This document shows positions 45,405-54,252 of a stretch of 64,000 bases of DNA, in pieces (position 1 is the first letter of the stretch; every line of letters begins with the position of its first letter). The position numbers were made by a program, and so were the translations under genes. Origin of the DNA: Phycisphaeraceae bacterium (GTDB taxonomy: Bacteria > Planctomycetota > Phycisphaerae > Phycisphaerales > UBA1924); assembly GCA_019636495.1 (NCBI GenBank), contig JAHBXL010000014.1, positions 54,061-118,060 on the forward strand. The letters are read 5' to 3'. Below the pieces are notes generated by a model. The model ran no database searches. It was not told the DNA's origin and saw only the letters and a program-made list of their open reading frames with translations.

Positions 45405-46814
45405 CTACCGGCCCGAGTCGCGCTGCGGCGGACGGCCGCGATTGGGTGTCGTCATCGATTCGAACTTGATGTACTGCGATGCGCCCTCGGGAATGGTGGG
45501 CGTGGTCAGCCAGCCCCAGAAGCAGCGCGACCCGTGCGCCACCACGGTCGTCGGCGGGTGATACTGGAACGCGATCGGCATCACGTCATCGAGTTCATCG
45601 TTGCTGCCAAAGTACTTCCACGGCCGGTCCAGCGGCGGGGCCTTGCTGGAACTCTTGCGCTGCCGCACGATATCGACAGGGACCCAGATCAGTTTGTCGG
45701 AAGACTCATCGTACAAGGCGAACTCCACCCAGGAGCGCAGCCGCGCCGAGCCCTTGGTCCTGCCGAACGGCCCCGAATCTTCACCCTTGGTCGCTGTGAC
45801 GTCGTAGCCGATGACCGTCCGCGCCGGCAGACCGGCGGCGAGATAGACCGCGCACAACGCGATGGCGATGTCGTGCTCGCTGCCGCGCCCAAGGCTCAGC
45901 GTCGTCGAGGCGCGCTGGAGTTTGAAGCCCTCGAGTTCGCCGTTGCGCGATGTCTCCAGCCCGGTCCCGGTCGGCTGCATGATCTCGAGCACCTGCCCCG
46001 CAAGGTACTTGGCCAGCGGCACGGGCCGGACCGTCTTGGGATCCCTGCCCCCGCTCCACTGGCTGATCAGGTTCGTGACGACCGGCGACTGGTAGTCAAC
46101 GAATGCCAGACCGCTGAACGTCGACGCAGCGACCTCGGGCCACTTGCCGCCCGCGGGCCAGACGGCTCGCTCCGCAAGTTTCTCGTCGAACACCGTTTCC
46201 CAGGTTGTCATTGGGATCTCGACGCGCAGGTCCATTTCGCGGCCGGATTTGTTGGTCATTTCCCAGCGAGCCAGGCGCGTGCCGGAGTGGTAGATCGTGG
46301 GCGAGAGTTCCGGCTCGGTGTCCATCGGTCGATCGTCGAAGAACAACGTGCCGCGCATCGCCTCCGGAACGGCCTCGCTGCCCGCGCTCTGCGTGACGAT
46401 CGGGAAGACCACCGCGGCGGTCTCAAACGTGATGGGCTTGACCTGCAGTTCCTTGTTTCCCGGCTGGCCGAGTTTGCGGGGATCGGTCTGGTAGGCATCG
46501 ACGTGGACGTTGACGCGGAGCGTCCAGTTGCGCGTGCGTCCCGGCTTGATCACATTGTCGAGGAACGAGGGCTTGGGCGGAGCGGGTTTGACCTGCGTGG
46601 GCGCGGGGGCTGGTTGTGCCGGCGTGGGCGTTGCGGGGTTGGCCGGCTGCGTTGGGGCCGGTTGTGCGGGCGCGGGCTGCGCCGGGGGTTCCGCCTGTCC
46701 CGGCCGGCGCTGCTGTGCTTGCGAGGCGTTGGCGCACACGAACACGCACGCCGCGACGAGGGCGGAGAGCGTGCCGGCGCTTCGGAGAAACCGACGACCA
46801 GCCAGAGTGTTCAT
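45405..46814 (-). CDS. secreted transglutaminase-like fold protein, apparently lacking the catalytic Cys/His
   Basis: Signal plus Pro/Ala/Gln-rich linker (PAQPAPAQPAPTQPANPATPTPAQPAPAP). GSEHDIAIALCAVYLAAGLPARTVIGY...RLRSWVEFAL...WVPVD aligns by eye with the G-x-C...H-A-W-x-E...D transglutaminase core. GGGAG RBS before the ATG at 46814. Confidence 0.55.
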   Translation of the reverse strand: MNTLAGRRFLRSAGTLSALVAACVFVCANASQAQQRRPGQAEPPAQPAPAQPAPTQPANPATPTPAQPAPAPTQVKPAPPKPSFLDNVIKPGRTRNWTLRVNVHVDAYQTDPRKLGQPGNKELQVKPITFETAAVVFPIVTQSAGSEAVPEAMRGTLFFDDRPMDTEPELSPTIYHSGTRLARWEMTNKSGREMDLRVEIPMTTWETVFDEKLAERAVWPAGGKWPEVAASTFSGLAFVDYQSPVVTNLISQWSGGRDPKTVRPVPLAKYLAGQVLEIMQPTGTGLETSRNGELEGFKLQRASTTLSLGRGSEHDIAIALCAVYLAAGLPARTVIGYDVTATKGEDSGPFGRTKGSARLRSWVEFALYDESSDKLIWVPVDIVRQRKSSSKAPPLDRPWKYFGSNDELDDVMPIAFQYHPPTTVVAHGSRCFWGWLTTPTIPEGASQYIKFESMTTPNRGRPPQRDSGR

Positions 46815-46895
46815 GGTCTGCTCCCGTGTACGGTGCGTCATCGCGCACGCGAGTCGATCCGCGTCGTGGCCGCTGGCGGTTCTACCGGCGAGGCG

Positions 46896-47585
46896 TCATT
46901 CGGCTTCTGCCTGGTCCGCGGGGTCGATCTCGCCCGCACGTGCGCGGGCGCGGAGTTCCTCGACGGTGGGCAGGTCCTTCAGGCTCGACAGGCCGAAGAC
47001 CTCGAGAAACCGGCGCGTGGTGCCGTAGAGGATGGGCCGCCCGAGTTCCTCGGCGCGACCGGTGATCGTCACGAAACGTCGATCGATGAGCGCCCGCAGA
47101 ATGTCGCCGCACGCCACGCCGCGGATGGCCTCAAGGCCGGCGCGGGTGATGGGCTGCTTGTAGGCGATGATCGCAAGGGTCTCGATCGCGGCACGGCTGA
47201 GCGTGCCGCGTTCGCGCGCGCCATGAAAGCGCTCAAGAACCTTGGCGTGCTCCGGGCGGGTCATGACGCGATAGCCGCCGGCGACCTGCTCAATGCGGAA
47301 CGCCCGGCCGGATTGGTCGTAGGTCTCATTAAGTCTTGCGATTGCCGCGTGCACCAGCGCCGCCGGGCCGGTCTTGGCCGTGCCGCCGGCGCTCTCATCG
47401 TCGAACTGCTCTTCGCCGATCAGGCCCGTTGCGGCGGCGATCTTCGACCAGCCGAGCGGCCGAGTGACACTGAACAGCAGCGCTTCAACAGCGCCGGTGA
47501 GTTGCGGATCGGGCTCGGCAGCGGGCGGAATGACGACGGCCTTTCGGCCGCGAGCGCGTGGGGCGGTTGCGACAGGGTCACTCAT
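46896..47585 (-). CDS. scpB: segregation and condensation protein B
   Basis: VEALLFSVTRPL..., GGYRVMTRPEHA, LSRAAIETLAIIAYKQPITRAGLEAIRGV, ITGRAEELGRPILYGTTRRFLEVFGLSSLKDLP. ATG at 47585. Confidence 0.8.
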   Translation of the reverse strand: MSDPVATAPRARGRKAVVIPPAAEPDPQLTGAVEALLFSVTRPLGWSKIAAATGLIGEEQFDDESAGGTAKTGPAALVHAAIARLNETYDQSGRAFRIEQVAGGYRVMTRPEHAKVLERFHGARERGTLSRAAIETLAIIAYKQPITRAGLEAIRGVACGDILRALIDRRFVTITGRAEELGRPILYGTTRRFLEVFGLSSLKDLPTVEELRARARAGEIDPADQAEAE

Positions 47586-47740
47586 GCGGGGATGGTACCC
47601 CAAGGGATTCGGGCGCGTTCCGGCGGGCTTCGCCCATCCGGATCGATAACCGATCCCGCGTCCACTCCCCATGAATGGCCCTTTCCGGGGGTGGGTGATC
47701 GTCGCGGCACGTGGATCTTGGGCCAAGCGGCGGGAAACCC

Positions 47741-47768
47741 TTGACAGTTCGGAGAAACCCTGTACATT
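47741..47768 (+). promoter_or_regulatory. candidate sigma-70 promoter
   Basis: TTGACA, 16-nt spacer, then TACATT. This would give a leader of about 165 nt before the ATG at 47942. Confidence 0.35.
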
Positions 47769-47941
47769 GGCTCTTGGCGGTCTCCAAGGCTGAAACTTGC
47801 CGGCGGGAGAGAGAGACCCCCCGCTCCAACCTTTGGTTCTTTCCCTTTCGCAACCAAGCGGCGGCGAACGGGCTTGGCGTGCGCCGTCGGCGTTCGGCGG
47901 TTGCACGCGTGACGGTGTGACATCAATGAGAGGAGAGAGAG

Positions 47942-48775
47942 ATGAGACATCTGTATACGGCCGGCGCGGTTGTTGCGCTGGCAGCGGGGTCGGCCTTCGG
48001 GCAGATCTCCGTGCTCAACGAAGTGAACCCCGCGGTGCTTGAGGCCTTCTTGGCACCGGGTGGTTCGGGCATCAACGTGACCGGGTTCAGCCTGAGCGGC
48101 CATGTCGTTGGCGGTGCCGCGTCGACCGGCGTCTACTTCCTCGGCCCGGGCGGGAACAACTACGACCTGACCCGCCCCGGCATCGTGCTCAGCACGGGCA
48201 ACGCGGCGGACTACTCCACAGGTCCGAACACGGTGGCGAACCGGTCGTTCAACTACGGGAACCCCGGCTTCGGAGGTCCCGGCGTGCCCGCGACGCCCGC
48301 TCAGGACGCGCTGCTCAGCCCGATCACCGGCTTTGGCGCTGGTGCGCACTACGACGTGACCCAGATCGACATCACGTTCACCACAGACCCCGGCGTGAAC
48401 ACGGTCGGCTTCGACGTGGTGTTCGGATCCGACGAGTTCTTCGAGTATGTCGGCACGGAGTTCATCGATGGCTTCGGCCTCTACCTCAACGGCGTGAACA
48501 TCGCCCAGTACTTCGGCAATCCGGTGAACATCAACCACCCGCTGGCCGGCAACGTTGCCGAGACCGAACTCGACGGCGTGATCCTCGGCCCGAACATGAA
48601 CTTCCTCGGGCCGACCATCGCGGGCGTCAACACGCTGACGATCATCCTCTGCGATACTTCAGACGGGGTGTATGACACAACCGTCTACATCTCGGGCTTG
48701 GGCATTCCCGCGCCCGGTGCCGGCATGCTGCTCGGCCTCGGCGGCATCGCCGCGCTGCGTCGCCGCCGTCGCTGA
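47942..48775 (+). CDS. PEP-CTERM-anchored protein, choice-of-anchor-L-like domain
   Basis: Signal MRHLYTAGAVVALAAGSAFGQ. VVFGSDEFFEYVGTEFIDGFGLYLNGVNIA resembles choice-of-anchor L, from memory. The C-terminus IPAPGAGMLLGLGGIAALRRRRR is a PEP-CTERM signal. Confidence 0.75.
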   Translation: MRHLYTAGAVVALAAGSAFGQISVLNEVNPAVLEAFLAPGGSGINVTGFSLSGHVVGGAASTGVYFLGPGGNNYDLTRPGIVLSTGNAADYSTGPNTVANRSFNYGNPGFGGPGVPATPAQDALLSPITGFGAGAHYDVTQIDITFTTDPGVNTVGFDVVFGSDEFFEYVGTEFIDGFGLYLNGVNIAQYFGNPVNINHPLAGNVAETELDGVILGPNMNFLGPTIAGVNTLTIILCDTSDGVYDTTVYISGLGIPAPGAGMLLGLGGIAALRRRRR

Positions 48776-48806
48776 CGATTCCGAGCCTCGAAATCCCATA
48801 AGCACC

Positions 48807-48841
48807 ACGGCCGCCGGGAGCGATCCCAGCGGCCGTTTTTG
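48807..48841 (+). terminator. rho-independent terminator
   Basis: ACGGCCGC (48807-48814) pairs with GCGGCCGT (48829-48836), followed by a T run (TTTTTG). Lies 32 nt after the stop of the 47942..48775 gene. Confidence 0.7.
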
Positions 48842-48862
48842 CTTCGGTCTACGTACGTCCAA

Positions 48863-48936
48863 CATGCCCGGCAAGACTCGAACCTGCAACCTCTGCCTTC
48901 GGAGGGCAGCGCTCTATCCAATTGAGCTACGGGCAC
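48863..48936 (-). tRNA. tRNA-Arg (anticodon CCG)
   Basis: The rc reads GTGCCCGTAGCTCAATTGGATAGAGCGCTGCCCTCCGAAGGCAGAGGTTGCAGGTTCGAGTCTTGCCGGGCATG. Anticodon loop CTCCGAA. G1:U72 wobble. CCA not encoded. Confidence 0.85.
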
Positions 48937-49044
48937 TCACAACCGGGCATGGCGATTCCACCGTTGCGCGGCGCGTCGATGCTACGATCGGCGCGCGCGC
49001 AAGGCAACCCTGCGCACCGCTCCGACCCGCACGCCGGTCCTCCG

Positions 49045-50373
49045 ATGCCCCCCACCGCCAACCCGACATCGCACGCGCACGCCCCGACGCCGGTATGGGC
49101 CGTGCTGCTGTTCACGTTTCTCAACTCCATCGGCTCGGCGGTGCTTTACACCGGGCTGTTCTTCATCGCCGAGACGGTGTACGGCTTCGGCGCCGGCGAG
49201 CTCTTCGGCATCGGTCTGGTCTACGGCCTGACGTACATTCCCGGCGCGAGGTTCATCGGCCCGCTGCTGAGGCGCATCGAGCAGGCGGCCTCGCCGCGAA
49301 CCGTGCTCGCGTGGGTCATGCTCGCCGCGGCGGCTCTGTGCTGGCTGCCGACGTTGGCCGATGGCTCGGCGCCCGAAGACCGGCCCAGCGCAGCCCGGGG
49401 CGCGTGGGCGCTCTGGGTGGTCATCGCGGTCTATGCGCCGCTGAGCGGGGCGATGTGGCCAATGGTCGAGGCCTTCTTGGCGGGCGGTCGCAGCGAGCGG
49501 CAACTCCGAGCCGCCACGGGCAAGTTCAACGTGTGCTGGGCCGGGGCAATCGTCGCGACGATGCCGCTCATCGGGCCGCTGATCAAGGCCGGGCCGCTGC
49601 TCTCGCTGCAACTGCTCAGCGGTGTGCACGTCGTCGCTGCGGCGGTGCTGCTGGCGACCTTCCGCCCGCGTCCGGGCCGGCACGCGCACATGCACGTGCA
49701 CCCGCACCCGCCGGTGTACCGGCAGTTGCTGAACCTCCTCCGCGTGCTGCTGCCGACGGCGTTCCTGTTCATCAGCGTGCTGTCGCCGTACCTTCCCGGC
49801 GCGCTGCGAGGCATCGGTCTGCCGGTGCAATGGGCAACGTCCATCGCGTCCGCGTGGCTTGCGGCGCGGGTCGCAACCTTCCTGATCATGGAACGTTGGC
49901 ACGGATGGCACGGCAGATGGAGCACCGTCGCATTCGGTGCTGCGCTGCTGCTGGGATCGTTCGCGGCGGTGGTGGTCGTTCCGGTCGTCGCGGATGGACG
50001 TCTGGCGCTCGCGGCGATCATCCTCGCGCTGGCTGGCTTTGGGGTGGGCGTCGGTGTCATCTATTGCGCCGCACTTTACTACGCGATGGAGGTCGGCTCG
50101 GCAGAGGTCGATGCCGGAGGTACACACGAAACACTCATCGGCCTGGGCTACACCGCGGGTCCCCTCTGCGGCATGGCATCGATCTGGATCGTTGAGAGCG
50201 GCACATTGCCGATCGCCAACTACGAACCGCTCATGGCTGCGATCGTCTGCGGCGTGGGCCTGCTGCTGGGCGGGTGGGGCTTGTCGCGGGCCCTCAAGGT
50301 CCGGAATGGGCGGGGTGCCACGGCAGCGACCCAAACGCAACCCCAGCACGCGCAGGACGGTATCGGACACTGA
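49045..50373 (+). CDS. polytopic membrane protein, MFS-transporter-like (about 12 TM)
   Basis: Hydrophobic throughout, with a central cytoplasmic His-rich loop (GRHAHMHVHPHPP) separating two 6-TM halves. Start uncertain (ATG at 49045, or an in-frame Met near 48979). Confidence 0.5.
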   Translation: MPPTANPTSHAHAPTPVWAVLLFTFLNSIGSAVLYTGLFFIAETVYGFGAGELFGIGLVYGLTYIPGARFIGPLLRRIEQAASPRTVLAWVMLAAAALCWLPTLADGSAPEDRPSAARGAWALWVVIAVYAPLSGAMWPMVEAFLAGGRSERQLRAATGKFNVCWAGAIVATMPLIGPLIKAGPLLSLQLLSGVHVVAAAVLLATFRPRPGRHAHMHVHPHPPVYRQLLNLLRVLLPTAFLFISVLSPYLPGALRGIGLPVQWATSIASAWLAARVATFLIMERWHGWHGRWSTVAFGAALLLGSFAAVVVVPVVADGRLALAAIILALAGFGVGVGVIYCAALYYAMEVGSAEVDAGGTHETLIGLGYTAGPLCGMASIWIVESGTLPIANYEPLMAAIVCGVGLLLGGWGLSRALKVRNGRGATAATQTQPQHAQDGIGH

Positions 50374-50611
50374 TCGAGGTCGCCGCCGTGCGGAATCCTC
50401 GCGGGGCAAGGGGATCGAGTCCGTTATGATGTCATGGTTCCGACCGCGTTCCTCGAAAAACCTGGCGCGGCTGGGGAACCGTTGCAGAGTGGCCGATGCA
50501 AACCACCAAGGTTGGGGGGTCGGGGCGGGCGACTCGCGAACAAAGCGTCGCGATCGACCGTACATATTCCGTATCATTCGATCATTGTCCAGATCGTCCG
50601 GAGGCCAAGGC

Positions 50612-52879
50612 ATGATGCGTTCGCGAGTGTTGAGCGTTGCGGCTGGGATGGCTGTCGCCGCGGCGGGCCTGCTGGCGGGCACCACGATGCCCGCGATGGC
50701 GCAGTCGGTCTCGGCCGATTCGTCCCGCATTGAGACCGTGGGCGACCTGTCGCAGCGCGCCTGGGCCGATGCCCGAACGAATCGCGCGACTGACCTTCTG
50801 GCGCTCTCCGGCGAACTCCGCGGGCAGGAACTGCCGGCCGAACTCGGCTCGCTCCGGGACGCGTTCGCCTCGCTGGAAGTGAACATTGCCAAGCGCGAAG
50901 CAACGCGAGCGGAGAAGATCGCCGAGGCGGAGCGCAAACTCGCGGAGAAACTTGACGCCGAGGATGCGACTGCGCTTTCCGATGCGATCCGGTTCGCGGT
51001 CGAACTGTTCATGCTGACGCCGCAGGACCATCGCGCGGGGCTGCTTGCCCAACCAAGGATCACGGACCTAGTCGAGCGGGCAACCGCCGCGGCGAGGGCC
51101 GCGGAGCGCAACGGCGAGTGGTTCGTCGCCAACGAACTGTTCTGGCGGCTGAACGTGTTGCTCGAGGAGCAGGGCACATTCAAGAACGATGTGCGCCGGC
51201 TCGGCCAGCGGCTCTCGATGATCCGGCTGTACGCGCCCGAACGTTTCTGGGAACTGCGCAACGACGAGCGCCTCAAGGATGGGAAGACGCCGCTGCCGCC
51301 CTTCAATGCGCTGGGCGAGGACTATCGCAGCAAACTCGAAGGCGTGAAGTTGCTGATGGTCGCGCAGGCGATCGTCAGCGCATCGCGCTCGCAGATCGAC
51401 CGGGTCCCGATGCGAGATGCGCTCATCAGCGGGCTCGACGCGGTCCGCGTGATGATCACGACCGACGACCTGCATCGCGCCTTCCCAACGCTGGCCGATG
51501 ACGAGGGACGGGCCCGCGTGCTCGCGTTCATCGATGAACGCACCCGAGAACTGGAGAGTCCCGTCACGCTGGTTTCGAACAACACGCTCATCAGCACCAT
51601 TGAGGACACGCTGTCGATCAGCGACGCAACGCTCAAACTTCCTGCCGCGGCCGTCCTGCACGAGTTCGGCAACGGCGCGATGCAGCGCTACGACGAGTTT
51701 TCCGCCATCATCTGGCCCGACGAACTGGCGCGGTTCAACCGCATGACGCAGGGGAACTTCCGCGGCGTCGGCATCCAGATTCAGTACGATGATGACTCGC
51801 AGATGATCAAAGTCGTAACCCCCATCGAGGGCACGCCGGCGCAGCGTGCCGGCATTCGCCAGGGGGACCGCATCACCCGCATCGACGGCAAGTCGGCGGT
51901 GGGGATCACGGTGAATCAGGCGGTCGACCTCATTACCGGTCCGGCGGACTCGCGCGTCACGCTGACAATGGAGCGGCCCACGGGCGAGACCGACGACGCG
52001 GGCAAGGAGATTGTCAAGGAGATCGACTTCCCGCTGGTGCGCGCTGTGATCCCCCTGGCCACGGTCAAGGGTTGGCGGCGCTCCGGACCGCGCGAGGACC
52101 AGTGGGACTGGTTCATCGATCCCGCCGCGGGAATCGGATACGTTCGGCTGCTGCAGTTCACCGACGACACCACCAAGGACCTGCACTCCGCGATTGACCA
52201 GATGCGCCGGCAGGGCCTGCGCGGGCTGATCCTGGACCTGCGATTCAATCCCGGCGGCCTGCTGACCGAGGCCGTGAGCGTGGCCAACACGTTCATCCGC
52301 GAGGGCACGATCGTTTCGACGCAGGGCACGACGCCCGGCGAAGTGAAGCGTGCCGTGCCGAGCGGCAACCGTCTGCGCGGCGTGCCGCTGGTCGTGCTCA
52401 TCAACGAGGGCTCGGCCTCGGCGAGCGAGATCGTGTCGGGCGCCATCCGCCACTATGCGGACAAGGGCGACATTGACGCGGTTGTCGTCGGGCAGCGGAC
52501 CTTCGGCAAGGGCAGCGTACAGAACGTGTTCGAACTGTCCGCCGTCGCCAAGATGAAACTGACCACGCAGTACTACAAGATGCCCGATGGCCGGATCATC
52601 CACCGCCGTGGCGGCGACAGCGTGTGGGGCGTGGACCCGCACCTCGCGGTGGACATGCTGCCCGAGCAGTCGGCCGAAGCCCTGCGACTTCGGCAGGATG
52701 CCGATGTGCTCCCGATCGATGAGAAGGGCAACATCGTCGCCACCGCCAAGCCCGCCGCCGACCCCCGGAAACTCATCGACGACGGCATCGACCTGCAACT
52801 CCAGCACGCGTTGCTGCTGCTGCAGACCAAGGCCGCGGCGGGGGCGCACGAGCAGGTGCGGCTCACCAAGAACAACTGA
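50612..52879 (+). CDS. S41 family C-terminal processing (tail-specific) peptidase with long N-terminal helical domain
   Basis: GGAGG RBS then MMRSRVLS with a signal peptide. PDZ (GVGIQIQYDD...PIEGTPAQRAGIRQGDRITRIDG). Catalytic region LILDLRFNPGGLL, INEGSASASEIVSGA, GQRTFGKGSVQ. Confidence 0.85.
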   Translation: MMRSRVLSVAAGMAVAAAGLLAGTTMPAMAQSVSADSSRIETVGDLSQRAWADARTNRATDLLALSGELRGQELPAELGSLRDAFASLEVNIAKREATRAEKIAEAERKLAEKLDAEDATALSDAIRFAVELFMLTPQDHRAGLLAQPRITDLVERATAAARAAERNGEWFVANELFWRLNVLLEEQGTFKNDVRRLGQRLSMIRLYAPERFWELRNDERLKDGKTPLPPFNALGEDYRSKLEGVKLLMVAQAIVSASRSQIDRVPMRDALISGLDAVRVMITTDDLHRAFPTLADDEGRARVLAFIDERTRELESPVTLVSNNTLISTIEDTLSISDATLKLPAAAVLHEFGNGAMQRYDEFSAIIWPDELARFNRMTQGNFRGVGIQIQYDDDSQMIKVVTPIEGTPAQRAGIRQGDRITRIDGKSAVGITVNQAVDLITGPADSRVTLTMERPTGETDDAGKEIVKEIDFPLVRAVIPLATVKGWRRSGPREDQWDWFIDPAAGIGYVRLLQFTDDTTKDLHSAIDQMRRQGLRGLILDLRFNPGGLLTEAVSVANTFIREGTIVSTQGTTPGEVKRAVPSGNRLRGVPLVVLINEGSASASEIVSGAIRHYADKGDIDAVVVGQRTFGKGSVQNVFELSAVAKMKLTTQYYKMPDGRIIHRRGGDSVWGVDPHLAVDMLPEQSAEALRLRQDADVLPIDEKGNIVATAKPAADPRKLIDDGIDLQLQHALLLLQTKAAAGAHEQVRLTKNN

Positions 52880-53064
52880 CCGCCCCGCGTCCGAATCCGG
52901 CCTCGTGCCGGCCGCGGGAACGACGAACCAGCGCCATTCGGCCCCGAGGAACCCCCTCGCGGGCCGAATCCGCGCTCGGCACGCGACAGGGGATCGAACC
53001 CGCCGCGCCTATCATCAGGTTTGCACCTCTGCCCGTGAGTTCCGCGACCCGTTTCGAGCATCCA

Positions 53065-54252
53065 ATGACGCACGCCAAGACCGCCGACCATCGAAGCCCG
53101 ACGACCGCCAACGGCCAAGCCCGTGCAAGTGGCCGCCCGAGCGCGGACCTCTCGACCGAGACGCTGCACGGTTGGCTCCGCGACATGTACCTGATCCGTG
53201 AGTTCGAGGTGCGGTGCGCGCAGGCGTATCAACAGGCCAAGATCGGCGGCTTCTGCCACCTCTACATCGGACAGGAAGCCTGCGCCGTCGGCACCATCGG
53301 CTGCGTTCAGCGGGACGACCCGGTGATCACGGCATACCGCGACCACGGCCACGCGCTGGCCCGCGGCATGGACCCCGGCGCGTGCATGGCCGAGATGTTC
53401 GGCAAGACCACCGGCTGCGCCAAGGGCAAGGGCGGCTCGATGCACATGTTCGACCGGCCCAACTGGCTCTTCGGCGGGCACGGCATCGTCGGCGCGCAGA
53501 CCCCGCTGGGCGCGGGCCTGGCCTTCGCCTCGCGCTACGAGTGGGAGGTCATCGGCAAGGCCGTCACCCGGCCCGACGGCTCCCCCGCTTCGCCCGATGA
53601 GAACATTCCCGCCAAGAAGAAAGTCTGCCTCTGCTACCTCGGCGATGGCGCGCTCAATCAGGGCGCGCTGCACGAGGCAATGAACCTCGCCGGGCTCTGG
53701 TCCATCCCCGTCATCTACATCGTCGAGAACAATCGCTATTCCATGGGCACCGCCATCGAACGCGGAACCACCATGGCCCACAATCTGCTCACCAAGTCCG
53801 CGGCGTACGGCATCGAGGGCCTGAAGATCAACGAGGACGATGGGCTCGACATCCTGCGCCTGTATGATCGCCTCAAGCCCTACGTGGATGAGTGCCGCGA
53901 CAAGCAGCGGCCCGGGTTCGTCGATCTCGCGACGTACCGCTATCAGGGCCACTCGATGTCGGACCCGCAGAAGTACCGCACCAAGGACGAGGTCGAGGCC
54001 GTGAAGAAGAAGGACTCGATCGACCGGCTCGCGCTGCACCTCATGAACGAGCGCAAGACCCTGACCGAGGACGCCTGGATCGCGATGCAGAAGGACGTGA
54101 AGGCCCAGGTCGCCGCGGCGGTTCAGTTCGCTGAAGACTCGCCCATTCCCGACCCGGAGGCGGAGTTGTACTCGGATGTTTACCTCAACATCCAGAAGAA
54201 CCTCTCGCCGATGCGGGACTATGTTCACGGCGAGAAGAATCCGCTGCTTTGA
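53065..54252 (+). CDS. pdhA: pyruvate dehydrogenase (acetyl-transferring) E1 alpha subunit
   Basis: FCHLYIGQEA, YRDHGHAL, GKGGSMH and YLGDGALNQG (TPP motif). Start at ATG 53065 or GTG 53035. No E1 beta follows. Confidence 0.85.
   Translation: MTHAKTADHRSPTTANGQARASGRPSADLSTETLHGWLRDMYLIREFEVRCAQAYQQAKIGGFCHLYIGQEACAVGTIGCVQRDDPVITAYRDHGHALARGMDPGACMAEMFGKTTGCAKGKGGSMHMFDRPNWLFGGHGIVGAQTPLGAGLAFASRYEWEVIGKAVTRPDGSPASPDENIPAKKKVCLCYLGDGALNQGALHEAMNLAGLWSIPVIYIVENNRYSMGTAIERGTTMAHNLLTKSAAYGIEGLKINEDDGLDILRLYDRLKPYVDECRDKQRPGFVDLATYRYQGHSMSDPQKYRTKDEVEAVKKKDSIDRLALHLMNERKTLTEDAWIAMQKDVKAQVAAAVQFAEDSPIPDPEAELYSDVYLNIQKNLSPMRDYVHGEKNPLL

Noticed and set aside
48863-48936. Possible second integration hotspot at tRNA-Arg(CCG).
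   Set aside because: No integrase, no duplicated tRNA 3' segment and no foreign-looking genes flank it within the window.
52936-52969. 9-bp inverted repeat ATTCGGCCC ... GGGCCGAAT between the S41 protease gene and pdhA, considered as a terminator.
   Set aside because: 16-nt loop and no following T run, so it is not convincing as an intrinsic terminator. It could be regulatory, but there is no supporting evidence.
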